In this document: positions 30,715 through 40,200 of the stretch, piece by piece | Numbering within the stretch: position 1 is the stretch's first letter | How the letters are laid out: each line of letters begins with the position of its first letter | NCBI GenBank assembly: GCA_902533655.1 | Contig: CACAMX010000003.1 | Span: 1 to 49,828, forward strand | Source: an uncultured Bacteroidota bacterium | Lineage (GTDB): Bacteria; Bacteroidota; Bacteroidia; Flavobacteriales; BACL11 | Length of the DNA: 49,828 bases | Reading direction: 5' to 3' | Notes under the pieces: generated by a model | Database searches by the model: none | Seen by the model: only the letters and a program-made list of their open reading frames with translations | What the model was told of the DNA's origin: nothing | Made by a program: the position numbers and the translations under genes

Positions 30715-31581
30715 TCATGACCTAGGATGTGCTTTCTTGTAAATAGTTTTAATTTTTTCAATTGAGTTGTGAGTGTAAATTTGAGTGGCGTTTAAACTAC
30801 TATGACCAAGCATTTCTTTAATTGCATTTATATCTGCTCCATTATTTAACATATGAGTTGCAAAAGTGTGTCGCAATATGTGAGGACTATTATTAGTTTT
30901 TGAAGAGTATTTCGATAAATAATCTTTTACAATTCTATATATTTTTTTTGAGTATAATTTTTTCTTTTTTTCATCTGTAAACAAAAAATTAGTGATTTTA
31001 AATTGTTTTACGAAAATTTTAATTGTTTTTATGCAATTGTCTGATAATGGAACATATCTTTCTTTTTTTCCCTTTCCAACAATTTTTATGCTTTTTTTTT
31101 CGAAATCAAAATCTTTTGTTTTTATTGACAATAACTCAGACACTCGCACTCCAGTTAAGTACAAAAACTCGATAATTAAAAAATTTCTTTTTCCAACAAA
31201 ATCATCTGTAAAATTACTTTTATCTAATATCTTAGACATATGGTATTGCGCAATATGACTTGGGATTTTTTTATTGATTTTGGGTGCAACAATTTTAGTT
31301 ATTGGATTTTTTTCAATAATTGAAAACGTTATTAGGTATTTAAAATAAGACCTTAGAGTTGATATCTTTCTATTTACAGTAGTAACTGAATTTTTTGAAT
31401 CTAACAAAAAAGCAACCCAGCCTCTTATCATTTCAAATCTTATATCTCTATCAAGATATACATCAAATTTTATTTTTAAAAATTGTTGAAATTGAGATAA
31501 GTCTCTAAGGTAAGATGTACAGGTATGAAATGAATATCTTCTTTCAGATTTTATGTAATTCAGGAATTCTTTTATCTGCAT
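30715..31581 (-). CDS. xerC: Chromosomal tyrosine recombinase, XerC-like
   Basis: TGVRVSE, GKGKKER, HILRHTFATH, LGHSSL..TQIY (R-K-H-R-H-Y catalytic set); housekeeping position after rpsU. Confidence 0.85.
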   Translation of the reverse strand: MQIKEFLNYIKSERRYSFHTCTSYLRDLSQFQQFLKIKFDVYLDRDIRFEMIRGWVAFLLDSKNSVTTVNRKISTLRSYFKYLITFSIIEKNPITKIVAPKINKKIPSHIAQYHMSKILDKSNFTDDFVGKRNFLIIEFLYLTGVRVSELLSIKTKDFDFEKKSIKIVGKGKKERYVPLSDNCIKTIKIFVKQFKITNFLFTDEKKKKLYSKKIYRIVKDYLSKYSSKTNNSPHILRHTFATHMLNNGADINAIKEMLGHSSLNATQIYTHNSIEKIKTIYKKAHPRS

Positions 31582-31630
31582 TGTATTCTAGCAAAACAAA
31601 TATAATCTTAAAAAAAGATTTGGGAAACTA

Positions 31631-31822
31631 CTATTCAGTATTTCTTAATAAATTTTCTGAAAAAACAGCTTTTTGCTTTTTGACTCTAAGTTTTTCTGAT
31701 TTTTTTGTAAACTCTTTTCTTTGTCTTATTTCTTTAAGCACCTGAGTTTGCAAGAATTTTCTTTTAAAGCGCTTGAGAGCTCTATCAATATTTTCGCCTT
31801 CTTTAACTGGTATTATTAACAT
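31631..31822 (-). CDS. rpsU: 30S ribosomal protein bS21
   Basis: MLIIPVKEGENIDRALKRFKRKF, Bacteroidota-type S21. Confidence 0.95.
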   Translation of the reverse strand: MLIIPVKEGENIDRALKRFKRKFLQTQVLKEIRQRKEFTKKSEKLRVKKQKAVFSENLLRNTE

Positions 31823-31841
31823 TAAAATAATTTTTCAGGTG

Positions 31842-31849
31842 CAAAAATA
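31842..31849 (-). promoter_or_regulatory. -7 element (TATTTTTG) of rpsU
   Basis: TATTTTTGCAC 19 nt upstream of the ATG. Confidence 0.55.
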
Positions 31850-31855
31850 GTATTA

Positions 31856-32995
31856 TTATTTAAATAACAAATTACTAATGACTTGTTTTTGAATTTGTGT
31901 TGTTCCTTCTCCAATTGTACAAAGTTTTGAATCCCGATAATATTTTTCAACAGGAAAATCTTTTGTATATCCATATCCACCTAAAATCTGCACAGCATCT
32001 GATGAAATTTCAACACAGCTTTCAGATGAGTAAAATTTTGCCATTGCACTTTCTTTTGTTACTTTTTTATTTTGGTTTTTGAGTTGAGCAGCTTGATAAA
32101 TTAGCATCTCTGATGCTTCAATTTTTTTGTACATATCAGCAAGCTTAAAAGAAATAGCTTGAAATTGGCTTATCTTTCTACCAAATTGTTCTCTTTGACT
32201 CGAATATTTTAGTGCTGCTTTAAATGCTCCCATTGAAATTCCCTGTGATAATGCAGCAATTGAAATTCTACCACCGTCTAAAATTTTCATTGACTGAATA
32301 AATCCTTGACCAATGTCTCCAATAATATTATCTAATGGAATACGACAATCTTCCAAGATTACCTCAGAAGTTTCTGAAGCTCTCATTCCAAGTTTATCTT
32401 CCTTTTTTCCATTAAAAATTCCTTTTACTGACTTATCAACAATAAAAGAAGACATTCCTCTCGAGTCACCTTTTTTTCCAGTTCTTGCAATTATCACATA
32501 AACATCTGCTGATATTCCATGAGTAATAAAGTTTTTTGTGCCGTTTAAAACCCACTCATTACCGTCTTTAAATGCAGTGGTATTCATACCACCAGCATCT
32601 GATCCAGTATTATGCTCAGTTAATCCCCATGCCCCAAGAGATTGGCCCGATGCAAGCTTAGTTACCCACATATTTTTCTGAGTTTCATTGCCATGATTTA
32701 AAATATGACCAGTACAAAGGGAGTTATGAGCGGCAACTGACAATGCTATGGAAGGATCTACAATCGCAAGCTCTTGAATAGCAGTTACATATTCAAAATA
32801 ACCAAATGCTGATCCATTATATTTTTCAGGAACCAAAATACCCATTAGACCTAAACTTCCTAGTTCTTTAAATAATGGATAGGGAAAATATTGTTTATCA
32901 TCCCATTCTCTAACAAAAGGAGTTATTTTTTGTTTGGCAAATTGCTGAACCATATCAGCAATCATCATTTGATTTTCTGTATACTTAAAGTCCAT
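31856..32995 (-). CDS. Acyl-CoA dehydrogenase
   Basis: WGLTEHNTGSDA, LNGTKNFIT, KLGMRASET, REQFG, LGGYGY, IGEGTT. Confidence 0.95.
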   Translation of the reverse strand: MDFKYTENQMMIADMVQQFAKQKITPFVREWDDKQYFPYPLFKELGSLGLMGILVPEKYNGSAFGYFEYVTAIQELAIVDPSIALSVAAHNSLCTGHILNHGNETQKNMWVTKLASGQSLGAWGLTEHNTGSDAGGMNTTAFKDGNEWVLNGTKNFITHGISADVYVIIARTGKKGDSRGMSSFIVDKSVKGIFNGKKEDKLGMRASETSEVILEDCRIPLDNIIGDIGQGFIQSMKILDGGRISIAALSQGISMGAFKAALKYSSQREQFGRKISQFQAISFKLADMYKKIEASEMLIYQAAQLKNQNKKVTKESAMAKFYSSESCVEISSDAVQILGGYGYTKDFPVEKYYRDSKLCTIGEGTTQIQKQVISNLLFK

Positions 32996-32996
32996 T

Positions 32997-33524
32997 TTAA
33001 TAATCTGCTAAACTAATAATATTATCAGAAAATTTAGATAATTTCTTATCTCCATTTAGACTTTTTAATGAAATTAAAAAGGCATACCCAGCAACATTAG
33101 CACCTAGCATTTTAATTAGCTCTGAAGCAGCAACTGCAGTACCGCCAGTTGCAAGTAAATCATCATGAATTAAAATATTCCAATCAGATTTTATGTCATT
33201 TTTATGAATTTCAAGCATAGCTTGACCATATTCTAAAGAATACTTTTTTTGAACTACTAATCCTGGTAGTTTACCACTTTTTCTAGCAGGAACAAAAGGA
33301 ATTTGCAATTTCATTGCTAAAGAATATCCAAACAAAAAACCTCTACTTTCAACACCAACAATTGCATCTAATTTTGTGCTTTTAAGTTTTTCAACTAGTA
33401 AATCTAAAATTTTTGATCCTAGCTTGGGGCGCAGCAATATAGATGTAATATCTTTAAAATTAATTCCTTTTTTAGGAAAATTTTTAATCTCTCTTAAAGC
33501 AGAATCAATTTCTTTATCAATCAT
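32997..33524 (-). CDS. apt: Adenine phosphoribosyltransferase
   Basis: FPKKGINFKDIT, ESRGF, RKSGKLP, YSLEYG, HDDLLATGGT. Confidence 0.96.
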   Translation of the reverse strand: MIDKEIDSALREIKNFPKKGINFKDITSILLRPKLGSKILDLLVEKLKSTKLDAIVGVESRGFLFGYSLAMKLQIPFVPARKSGKLPGLVVQKKYSLEYGQAMLEIHKNDIKSDWNILIHDDLLATGGTAVAASELIKMLGANVAGYAFLISLKSLNGDKKLSKFSDNIISLADY

Positions 33525-35073
33525 CTGAGGGTTTTCCTTTTATTGCTTTTATATAATTATCAAGTTCGTGCTTAACCTTTGGAAATAGAAAAAATAAACC
33601 AATCATATTTGGAAATATAAGTGCAAGAATCATTGCATCTGAAAATCCCCAAACAGCATCCATATTTGCTGCAGCTCCAATAACAATAAACAACAAAAAC
33701 ATAATTTTATAAATCAAATCAGAGATTTTACTTTTTCCAAAAAGGAACATCCATGCCTGCAACCCATAATAAGACCATGAAATCATAGTAGAAATTGCAA
33801 ATAAAATTATTGCAATTGTTAAAACCAATGGAAACCAAGGAATTGCATCAGCAAATGCCATAGAAGTTAAAACAGCTCCTTCAATTTTTTCTCCGTTAAT
33901 AATGATATCTTGTCCATATTCAAAAATACCAGAACTGTTATACATTATAATGACTAATGCTGTCATTGTACAAATAACTACAGTGTCAATAAAAGGTTCT
34001 AATAATGCCACAACCCCTTCAGACGCAGGATACTTTGTTTTTACCGCTGAGTGAGCTATTGCTGCAGAGCCTGCACCAGCTTCATTTGAAAATGCAGCTC
34101 TCTGAAAACCAACAATTAAAACACCTAATAATCCACCAAATCCTGCCTGAAGTGAAAATGCTCCTTTGAGTATTAATGAAAAAGCATTATCAATATAGCT
34201 GAAATTTGAAAAAATTATAAAAAGACATGCTAGAACATAAATCAAAGCCATAAAAGGAACTATTTTTTCAGTAACTGATGCTATTCGCTTGATGCCCCCT
34301 ATAATGACAATGCCAACAATAATTGCGAGAATAAATCCAATGCTAGTACCAGCGTTACCACCATGCATACCTAAAATAGATGCAATCTGAAGAGCAGCTT
34401 GATTTGATTGTGCAGCGTTTCCACCTCCGAATGATGCACCAACACATAAAAATGCAAACAATACTGCTAATCCTTTTCCAAGTTTTTCATATCCGCCTTC
34501 TTTTAAACCCTTACTTAGATAGTACATGGGTCCGCCGTAAACTGTACCATCTGATCCTACATCTCGATATTTAACACCTAGTGTACACTCAACAAACTTA
34601 GTGGACATTCCAATTAAGCCACAAACTATCATCCAAAATGTTGCACCTGGACCTCCGATAGCGATAGCCAACGCTACTCCAGCTATATTGCCAAGACCAA
34701 CAGTTCCTGAAACTGCTGTTGCAAGAGCCTGAAAATGACTAACCTCTCCTTCGTCTTTTATTTTTTTTGTTTTGTCAGATTCATATTTTTCATTCTCAAT
34801 GTTATCGTATACTCCACTAACAGTTTTTATTGCAGTAGAAAAATGTTTGATATTTACAAAAGAAAATCTTAATGTAAAAAAAACTGCCCCTAAGACTAGC
34901 AAAATCAGAACAATTGGCATACTAATTTCATCCGAAAAATTTATTGGATATAAAACAATATTTACCCATACATCAGCAATTGGCTTAAACCAATCGTTAA
35001 TCTTATCATCAATGCCTCTTGAAAAAGAAAGCAACGGAAAGAGAAATGTGAAGATTAGAAGTGTTTTTTTCAT
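33517..35073 (-). CDS. Alanine/glycine:cation symporter (AGCS family)
   Basis: SHFQAL, GTVGLGNIAGVA, GGPGA.FWM, GGPMYY, FSNEAGAGS, EPFIDT. Confidence 0.95.
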   Translation of the reverse strand: MKKTLLIFTFLFPLLSFSRGIDDKINDWFKPIADVWVNIVLYPINFSDEISMPIVLILLVLGAVFFTLRFSFVNIKHFSTAIKTVSGVYDNIENEKYESDKTKKIKDEGEVSHFQALATAVSGTVGLGNIAGVALAIAIGGPGATFWMIVCGLIGMSTKFVECTLGVKYRDVGSDGTVYGGPMYYLSKGLKEGGYEKLGKGLAVLFAFLCVGASFGGGNAAQSNQAALQIASILGMHGGNAGTSIGFILAIIVGIVIIGGIKRIASVTEKIVPFMALIYVLACLFIIFSNFSYIDNAFSLILKGAFSLQAGFGGLLGVLIVGFQRAAFSNEAGAGSAAIAHSAVKTKYPASEGVVALLEPFIDTVVICTMTALVIIMYNSSGIFEYGQDIIINGEKIEGAVLTSMAFADAIPWFPLVLTIAIILFAISTMISWSYYGLQAWMFLFGKSKISDLIYKIMFLLFIVIGAAANMDAVWGFSDAMILALIFPNMIGLFFLFPKVKHELDNYIKAIKGKPSDD

Positions 35074-35975
35074 TTGTAAATTTTTATTTGGTTTTCTATT
35101 AAAGACAGACTTTCTTTGAATGTTTTTGGACTATAATTAAATTTTTTCTTGGCTTTTAAAAGTTCCATTCCTGTAAATTTAGGTCTTTTTGCTTTTTGAG
35201 CAAGAATCCTTGAGCTAATTCTCTGGATATTTTGCACTGGAAAATTAAAATATCTAGCTATCTCAATAACTATTTCATAAATACTCATAACTTCAGGTCC
35301 AGATGTGTTATAAATACCATATGCTTTGCAGATTATCACATTTATGCATGCCTCAGATAAATCCTCTGCCAAAGTTGGAGCTCTAAACTCATCATCTATT
35401 ATTTTAATTTTTTTTTCATTTCTAAGTTGGTCAATTGCCCAAAGTACAATGTTTGTTTTTCTTAAATTTTTAGCAACTCCAAAAACAACACTTGTTCTCA
35501 ATATGGTCCAATTAAACTTTTTATCATAAAATATCTTCTCTGATTTTAACTTTGATAAACCATAAAAAGAAATAGGATTTGGTAAATCATTTTCATTGTA
35601 TAAATCGTTTTTATTTCCATCAAAAATAAAATCACTCGAAATATGAACTAAATGAATATTCTTTTTCAAGCAAATTTCAGAAAGATACTCTACAGCTTTA
35701 ACATTGACATTATCACAATGAACTTTATTTTGTTCACAATAATCAACATTAGTTACCGCTGCCGTATTGATGATAGCATCGGGAAGGTGCTTGCAAACAA
35801 ACTGATTAATTTTTTCTTGATTTGTGACATCTAAAGAGAAATACTTAAAATAATCACTATTTACAACACAATTTCCTAGAGAAGTTGCAATTAGTTCAAA
35901 TCTATTATCACTGCTGATTTTGTCAATTAACTTTTGACCAAGCAATCCATTTGAGCCAGTTAACATTATTTTCAT
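35070..35975 (-). CDS. RmlD/RfbD-like extended SDR (dTDP-4-dehydrorhamnose reductase family)
   Basis: TGSNGLLG, T.VDYCE, HISSDFIFDG, P.P.SFYGLSK, LRT, PT...DL, A.RP. Confidence 0.85.
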   Translation of the reverse strand: MKIMLTGSNGLLGQKLIDKISSDNRFELIATSLGNCVVNSDYFKYFSLDVTNQEKINQFVCKHLPDAIINTAAVTNVDYCEQNKVHCDNVNVKAVEYLSEICLKKNIHLVHISSDFIFDGNKNDLYNENDLPNPISFYGLSKLKSEKIFYDKKFNWTILRTSVVFGVAKNLRKTNIVLWAIDQLRNEKKIKIIDDEFRAPTLAEDLSEACINVIICKAYGIYNTSGPEVMSIYEIVIEIARYFNFPVQNIQRISSRILAQKAKRPKFTGMELLKAKKKFNYSPKTFKESLSLIENQIKIYK

Positions 35976-36124
35976 AATAAGTATTTCATTACCAAATAGA
36001 TTGAAAAATATATAAGAAAAACTGGTGTATTTCCAAAAATAAGTGATAATACAAATATAAGTCTGATAATTACAACATTAATTTTTGATTCATTTGAAAG
36101 CCAATTACATACGCCTAAAATCAT
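35972..36124 (-). CDS. Minimal PspC-domain membrane protein (50 aa)
   Basis: Manual translation: MILGVCNWLSNESKINVVIIRLIFVLSLIFGNTPVFLIYFSIYLVMKYLL*. Fits the PspC pattern (GVC..L......v..iRl.fv.......Y). ATGA overlaps at both ends. Not in ORF track. Confidence 0.75.
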   Translation of the reverse strand: MILGVCNWLSNESKINVVIIRLIFVLSLIFGNTPVFLIYFSIYLVMKYLL

Positions 36125-36339
36125 CCACTATTTTTTTGTTTTATTAAAACGTCGATTTTCTCAATTATTTTTTCTTCCAAACCCATTATTTTTTTTTCAA
36201 CATCTAAAATTTGATTTTCTAATACAATAATTTGATCTTGCTTTTTTTTAGATTTTCTAATATCAATAATAAGCCAAGCAAATGCAATTAGCTCAATTAC
36301 GATTAAAAATATAGTTAAAAAAATTTGCAAATCAAACAT
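36121..36339 (-). CDS. Small protein: N-terminal TM helix plus C-terminal coiled coil (PspB-like topology)
   Basis: 72 aa; hydrophobic residues 1-25, a basic patch, then heptad-like LENQILDVEKKIMGLEEKIIEKI. Confidence 0.65.
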   Translation of the reverse strand: MFDLQIFLTIFLIVIELIAFAWLIIDIRKSKKKQDQIIVLENQILDVEKKIMGLEEKIIEKIDVLIKQKNSG

Positions 36340-36345
36340 AGAATA

Positions 36346-36374
36346 CTAAAATAAGGATATTTAATTTATTTTTG
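36346..36374. promoter_or_regulatory. Divergent -7 elements very close to the start codons
   Basis: TATTTTAG on minus (36346-36353), 6 nt from ATG 36339; TATTTTTG on plus (36367-36374), 4 nt from ATG 36379. Confidence 0.45.
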
Positions 36375-36378
36375 ATAG

Positions 36379-37122
36379 ATGTTTTTTGTTGTTTCTAAAT
36401 TAATGAACTTTATAATAAGTCCTATGACATGGGTTTTTTTTATTCTGTTGATGGCCCTATTTAGCTCTAAACATCAAAAAAAATTAGTTTTTGTTTCATT
36501 ATCAATGCTATTCTTTTTTTCTAATGCATTTATATTTAATGAGATTTCAAGACTCTGGGGATTAAAAAAATCAATGAATACAGAAGTCCAATATGATGTT
36601 GGAATAGTTTTAGGTGGAGTGGCTGATTTTGATAAACAAAGTAACTTATTAAATTTCAACAATTATTCCGACAGGCTTTTTTTTGCAAAAAAATTATTTT
36701 TTAACGAAAAAATAAATAAAATACTTTTTTCAGGAGGAAATGGTGAGTTATTTTCAAATGACTATGTTGAAGCTATTGAAATGAAAAAATTTTTAATAAA
36801 AAATGGGATTAATGAGAATGATATTTTGATAGAAACTAGAAGTAGAAACACTCATGAAAATATTAAAAACTCAATAGAAATTTGTGAAGAAAAGAAATAT
36901 GAAAGAATTTTATTAATCACATCATCAATGCATATGAGAAGAGCTTTGTTATGTTGTGAAAAGAACAATTTTAATGTTGACTATTTTTGTACTGACAGAA
37001 CCAAATCTTATCGAGTTTGGAAGGTAAAGCACATTTTGGTTCCTCAAAACCAATTTATAAAAAAATGGGAAGAGCTAATTCATGAAATGGTAGGCTTTAT
37101 TGCCTACAAGATTTTGCTTTAA
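36379..37122 (+). CDS. YdcF/ElyC/SanA (DUF218) family membrane protein
   Basis: Two N-terminal TMs; IVLGG, DR, SGG, E.RSRNTHEN, LITSSMHMRRA, HE..G. Confidence 0.9.
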   Translation: MFFVVSKLMNFIISPMTWVFFILLMALFSSKHQKKLVFVSLSMLFFFSNAFIFNEISRLWGLKKSMNTEVQYDVGIVLGGVADFDKQSNLLNFNNYSDRLFFAKKLFFNEKINKILFSGGNGELFSNDYVEAIEMKKFLIKNGINENDILIETRSRNTHENIKNSIEICEEKKYERILLITSSMHMRRALLCCEKNNFNVDYFCTDRTKSYRVWKVKHILVPQNQFIKKWEELIHEMVGFIAYKILL

Positions 37123-37940
37123 ATTATGCTATTACTTTTTAAGATTTTTTGCATATCATTTTGGAGTGCTTTGGCACTTTCTCTTGCACATTTAGCAAAA
37201 TCCTTGTCTGCACCTGAGTAAATTATTGATCTAGATGAGTTAATTAAAATACCGCAATCTTTATTTATGAGTTTATTTGAGACAGTTTCTAAATTTCCGC
37301 CTTGTGCTCCAACGCCGGGAACAAGTAAAAAATTATCAGGAGCTATTTTTCTAATATTATCATAATTTTCTTCATTAGTAGCTCCAACAACAAACATTAT
37401 ATTATCATTATTTTTCAACTTTAATGATTCTTTTATTACTCTCTCGTATAAAGGAGAACCTTTTTTATCAACTACAGTTTGGAAATCGGATGATCCAGCA
37501 TTTGACGTGAGAGCTAAAATTATACACCACTTATTTTCATAACTATTGTAATGAGTTAAAGTTTCTATACCCATGTATGGAGATAATGTTAGAGCATCAA
37601 AATTTAAATTTTCAAAAAATGCATTAGCATATTTTTTTGATGTATTACCAATATCACCTCTTTTTGCATCAGCAATTTTTAAAATATTTTTTGGAATATA
37701 TTCTAACGTTTTTTGCATTGAACACCAACCTTTGTAGCCAACAGATTCATAAAAAGCGGTATTAATTTTAAAAGCTACACAAAAATCTTTGGTAGAATCA
37801 ATAACTTGCTTATTGAATTCGAATATAGGGTCTTCATAATGTAATAGATGCTTAGGAATTCTTTCAAGATCAGTGTCTAGTCCAATACATAAATAGGAGT
37901 TTTTAATTTTTATTTGTTTTATGATATCTTTTTTATTCAT
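37119..37940 (-). CDS. pyrF: Orotidine-5'-phosphate decarboxylase
   Basis: [45 protein letters not shown]. Start at ATG 37940. Confidence 0.96.
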   Translation of the reverse strand: MNKKDIIKQIKIKNSYLCIGLDTDLERIPKHLLHYEDPIFEFNKQVIDSTKDFCVAFKINTAFYESVGYKGWCSMQKTLEYIPKNILKIADAKRGDIGNTSKKYANAFFENLNFDALTLSPYMGIETLTHYNSYENKWCIILALTSNAGSSDFQTVVDKKGSPLYERVIKESLKLKNNDNIMFVVGATNEENYDNIRKIAPDNFLLVPGVGAQGGNLETVSNKLINKDCGILINSSRSIIYSGADKDFAKCARESAKALQNDMQKILKSNSII

Positions 37941-39012
37941 CAGTTGATTTTCCAAGTTTTAACTTTTGAGTATTCTCAGCTATAATTAACTCGTCAACAA
38001 ATTCTTGAAGATCTCCTGAAACTACAGATTGAAGATTATATTTTGTAAGTCCAATTCTATGATCAGTCACTCGTCCTTGTGGGTAATTATATGTTCTAAT
38101 TTTCTCCGATCTATCACCAGAAGAAACCATTGTCTTTCTTTGGCTTGATTCCTCCTCCAATTTTTTTTGTAGTTCCATCTCATAGATGCGAGATCTTAAA
38201 ACCTTTAGTGCCTTTTCATAATTCTTGATCTGAGACTTTTGGTCTTGACATTGAGCAATTACGCCAGTAGGAACATGTGTTAACCTAACAGCTGAATATG
38301 TTGTATTTACGGACTGTCCACCAGGACCTGAAGAACAATATGTGTCTTTTCTAATGTCAGAGGGTTTTAATTCAATATCAAACTCCTCAGCCTCAGGCAA
38401 AACAATTACAGATGCTGCTGATGTATGAACTCTGCCCTGTGTTTCAGTTTCCGGAACTCTTTGAACTCGATGAACTCCAGATTCAAACTTTAGTTGCCCA
38501 TATACGTCATTTCCTTGTACATTAAAAATTACCTCTTTGAAACCACCAGATGTTCCCTCAGCAACATCAACCAACTCAATTTTCCATTTTTTCATTGCGC
38601 AGTATGATGCGTACATTTTATATAAATCACCTGCAAATATACTAGCCTCATCTCCACCAGTGCCAGCTCGAATTTCTACAACTGCATTTTTCGAATCCTC
38701 AGGATCTTTTGGGATTAACAAAATTTTAATCTTTTCTTCCTGTAAATCTTTTTCTATATTCCACTCACTCAGTTCCATTTTAGCCAAATCTATCAGGTCA
38801 TTATCATTTGAGCTTGAGATTATCTTCTTTGCATCGCATATGTTGCTCAAAAGATTTTTATAGCTATGATATGCTTCTGAAATGGGCTTTAAATCTTTGT
38901 ATTCTTTGTTGTTTCTAACATAAAGCTTCATATCTAACATTGCATCAGGAGATAAAAGTGTCTTTTCTACTTCCAAAAACCTAATTTGTATTTCTTTAAG
39001 CTTCTCTAACAT
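37933..39012 (-). CDS. prfA: Peptide chain release factor 1
   Basis: [19 protein letters not shown] (PxT motif), [16 protein letters not shown]. Confidence 0.97.
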   Translation of the reverse strand: MLEKLKEIQIRFLEVEKTLLSPDAMLDMKLYVRNNKEYKDLKPISEAYHSYKNLLSNICDAKKIISSSNDNDLIDLAKMELSEWNIEKDLQEEKIKILLIPKDPEDSKNAVVEIRAGTGGDEASIFAGDLYKMYASYCAMKKWKIELVDVAEGTSGGFKEVIFNVQGNDVYGQLKFESGVHRVQRVPETETQGRVHTSAASVIVLPEAEEFDIELKPSDIRKDTYCSSGPGGQSVNTTYSAVRLTHVPTGVIAQCQDQKSQIKNYEKALKVLRSRIYEMELQKKLEEESSQRKTMVSSGDRSEKIRTYNYPQGRVTDHRIGLTKYNLQSVVSGDLQEFVDELIIAENTQKLKLGKSTDE

Positions 39013-40166
39013 CAGTAAATGTAACTACCAAATTTTGTAGAAATTGTAAGTTTTTTTGAACTTGATTTTTCAACTCTTCCAATAACCTTAGCTTCAACAT
39101 CAAAAGATTTAGAAATTTTAATTATTGAATCTGCATATTTTTCATCAACATAAATCTCCATTCGATGTCCCATATTAAATACTTTAAACATCTCTCTCCA
39201 TTCAGTTCCTGATTCTTGCTTTATTATATTAAAAACGGGCGGGATTTCAAACATTTTATCTTTTATTACATGAAGATTTTCTACAAAATGTAAAACTTTT
39301 GTTTGTCCTCCACCAGTACAATGAATAATTCCATCAATTTTATCTATATGATTTTTAAAAATTTCTTTTAAGATTGGCGCATAGGTTCTGGTTGGAGATA
39401 AAATAAGCTTTCCAAAATCATAATCTTGAAATTTTTCAGTTAATTTTTTGGATCCTGTGTAAGTAAAATCACTATCAATTGAACTATCGTAAGTTTCTGG
39501 ATACTTTTCTGCAATTGATTTGTCAAAAACATCATGCCTTGCAGATGTTAATCCGTTGCTTCCTATCCCAGAGTTATATTCTTTTTCGTAGTTGCATTTT
39601 CCAAAAGATGATAAACCGATTATTACATTACCATCTTTTATATTTGCATTGTTAATAACTTGATTTCTTTTCATTCGTGCAACTACAGTTGTATCTACAA
39701 TTATTGTTTTAACTAGATCTCCAACATCAGCTGTCTCTCCACCTGTATGTATGATATTTATACCGAAATTTTTATACTCGTCAATTAAACTATTAGTTCC
39801 ATCGATTAAAGCTTTGATAACATTTCCACTTATTTTTAATTTATTTCTTCCAATTGTTGATGAAAGCAAAATATTGTCATGTACACCTACACACATTATA
39901 TCATCAATATTCATTACAAGACTATCTTGAGCAATTCCTTTCCATACACTTAAATCACCAGTTTCTTTCCAATATGCATAGGCCAGAGAAGACTTTGTAC
40001 CAGCACCATCTGCATGCATCACTATGCAATAATCTTTACTTTTACTCAATAAGTCTGGAACTATTTTACAAAAGGCTTTAGGGAAAAGTCCTTTTTCACT
40101 ATTCTGTATGGCTTTATGAACATCCTCTTTTTGTGATGAAACTCCTCTTTGTTCATATTTATCCAT
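39012..40166 (-). CDS. purM: Phosphoribosylformylglycinamidine cyclo-ligase (AIR synthase, Bacteroidota type)
   Basis: [55 protein letters not shown]. Confidence 0.9.
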   Translation of the reverse strand: MDKYEQRGVSSQKEDVHKAIQNSEKGLFPKAFCKIVPDLLSKSKDYCIVMHADGAGTKSSLAYAYWKETGDLSVWKGIAQDSLVMNIDDIMCVGVHDNILLSSTIGRNKLKISGNVIKALIDGTNSLIDEYKNFGINIIHTGGETADVGDLVKTIIVDTTVVARMKRNQVINNANIKDGNVIIGLSSFGKCNYEKEYNSGIGSNGLTSARHDVFDKSIAEKYPETYDSSIDSDFTYTGSKKLTEKFQDYDFGKLILSPTRTYAPILKEIFKNHIDKIDGIIHCTGGGQTKVLHFVENLHVIKDKMFEIPPVFNIIKQESGTEWREMFKVFNMGHRMEIYVDEKYADSIIKISKSFDVEAKVIGRVEKSSSKKLTISTKFGSYIY

Positions 40167-40200
40167 AATTAATGATGAAATTTAAGATATAAGAAAAAAA

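Noticed and set aside
30715-31581. Tyrosine recombinase next to a tRNA cluster as a prophage or island integrase
   Set aside because: XerC-like length and motifs, housekeeping neighbours on both sides, and no duplicated tRNA 3' end (att) or cargo genes.
35070-35975. Rhamnose/O-antigen biosynthesis locus
   Set aside because: A lone RmlD-like SDR with no rmlA/B/C or glycosyltransferases nearby; substrate uncertain.
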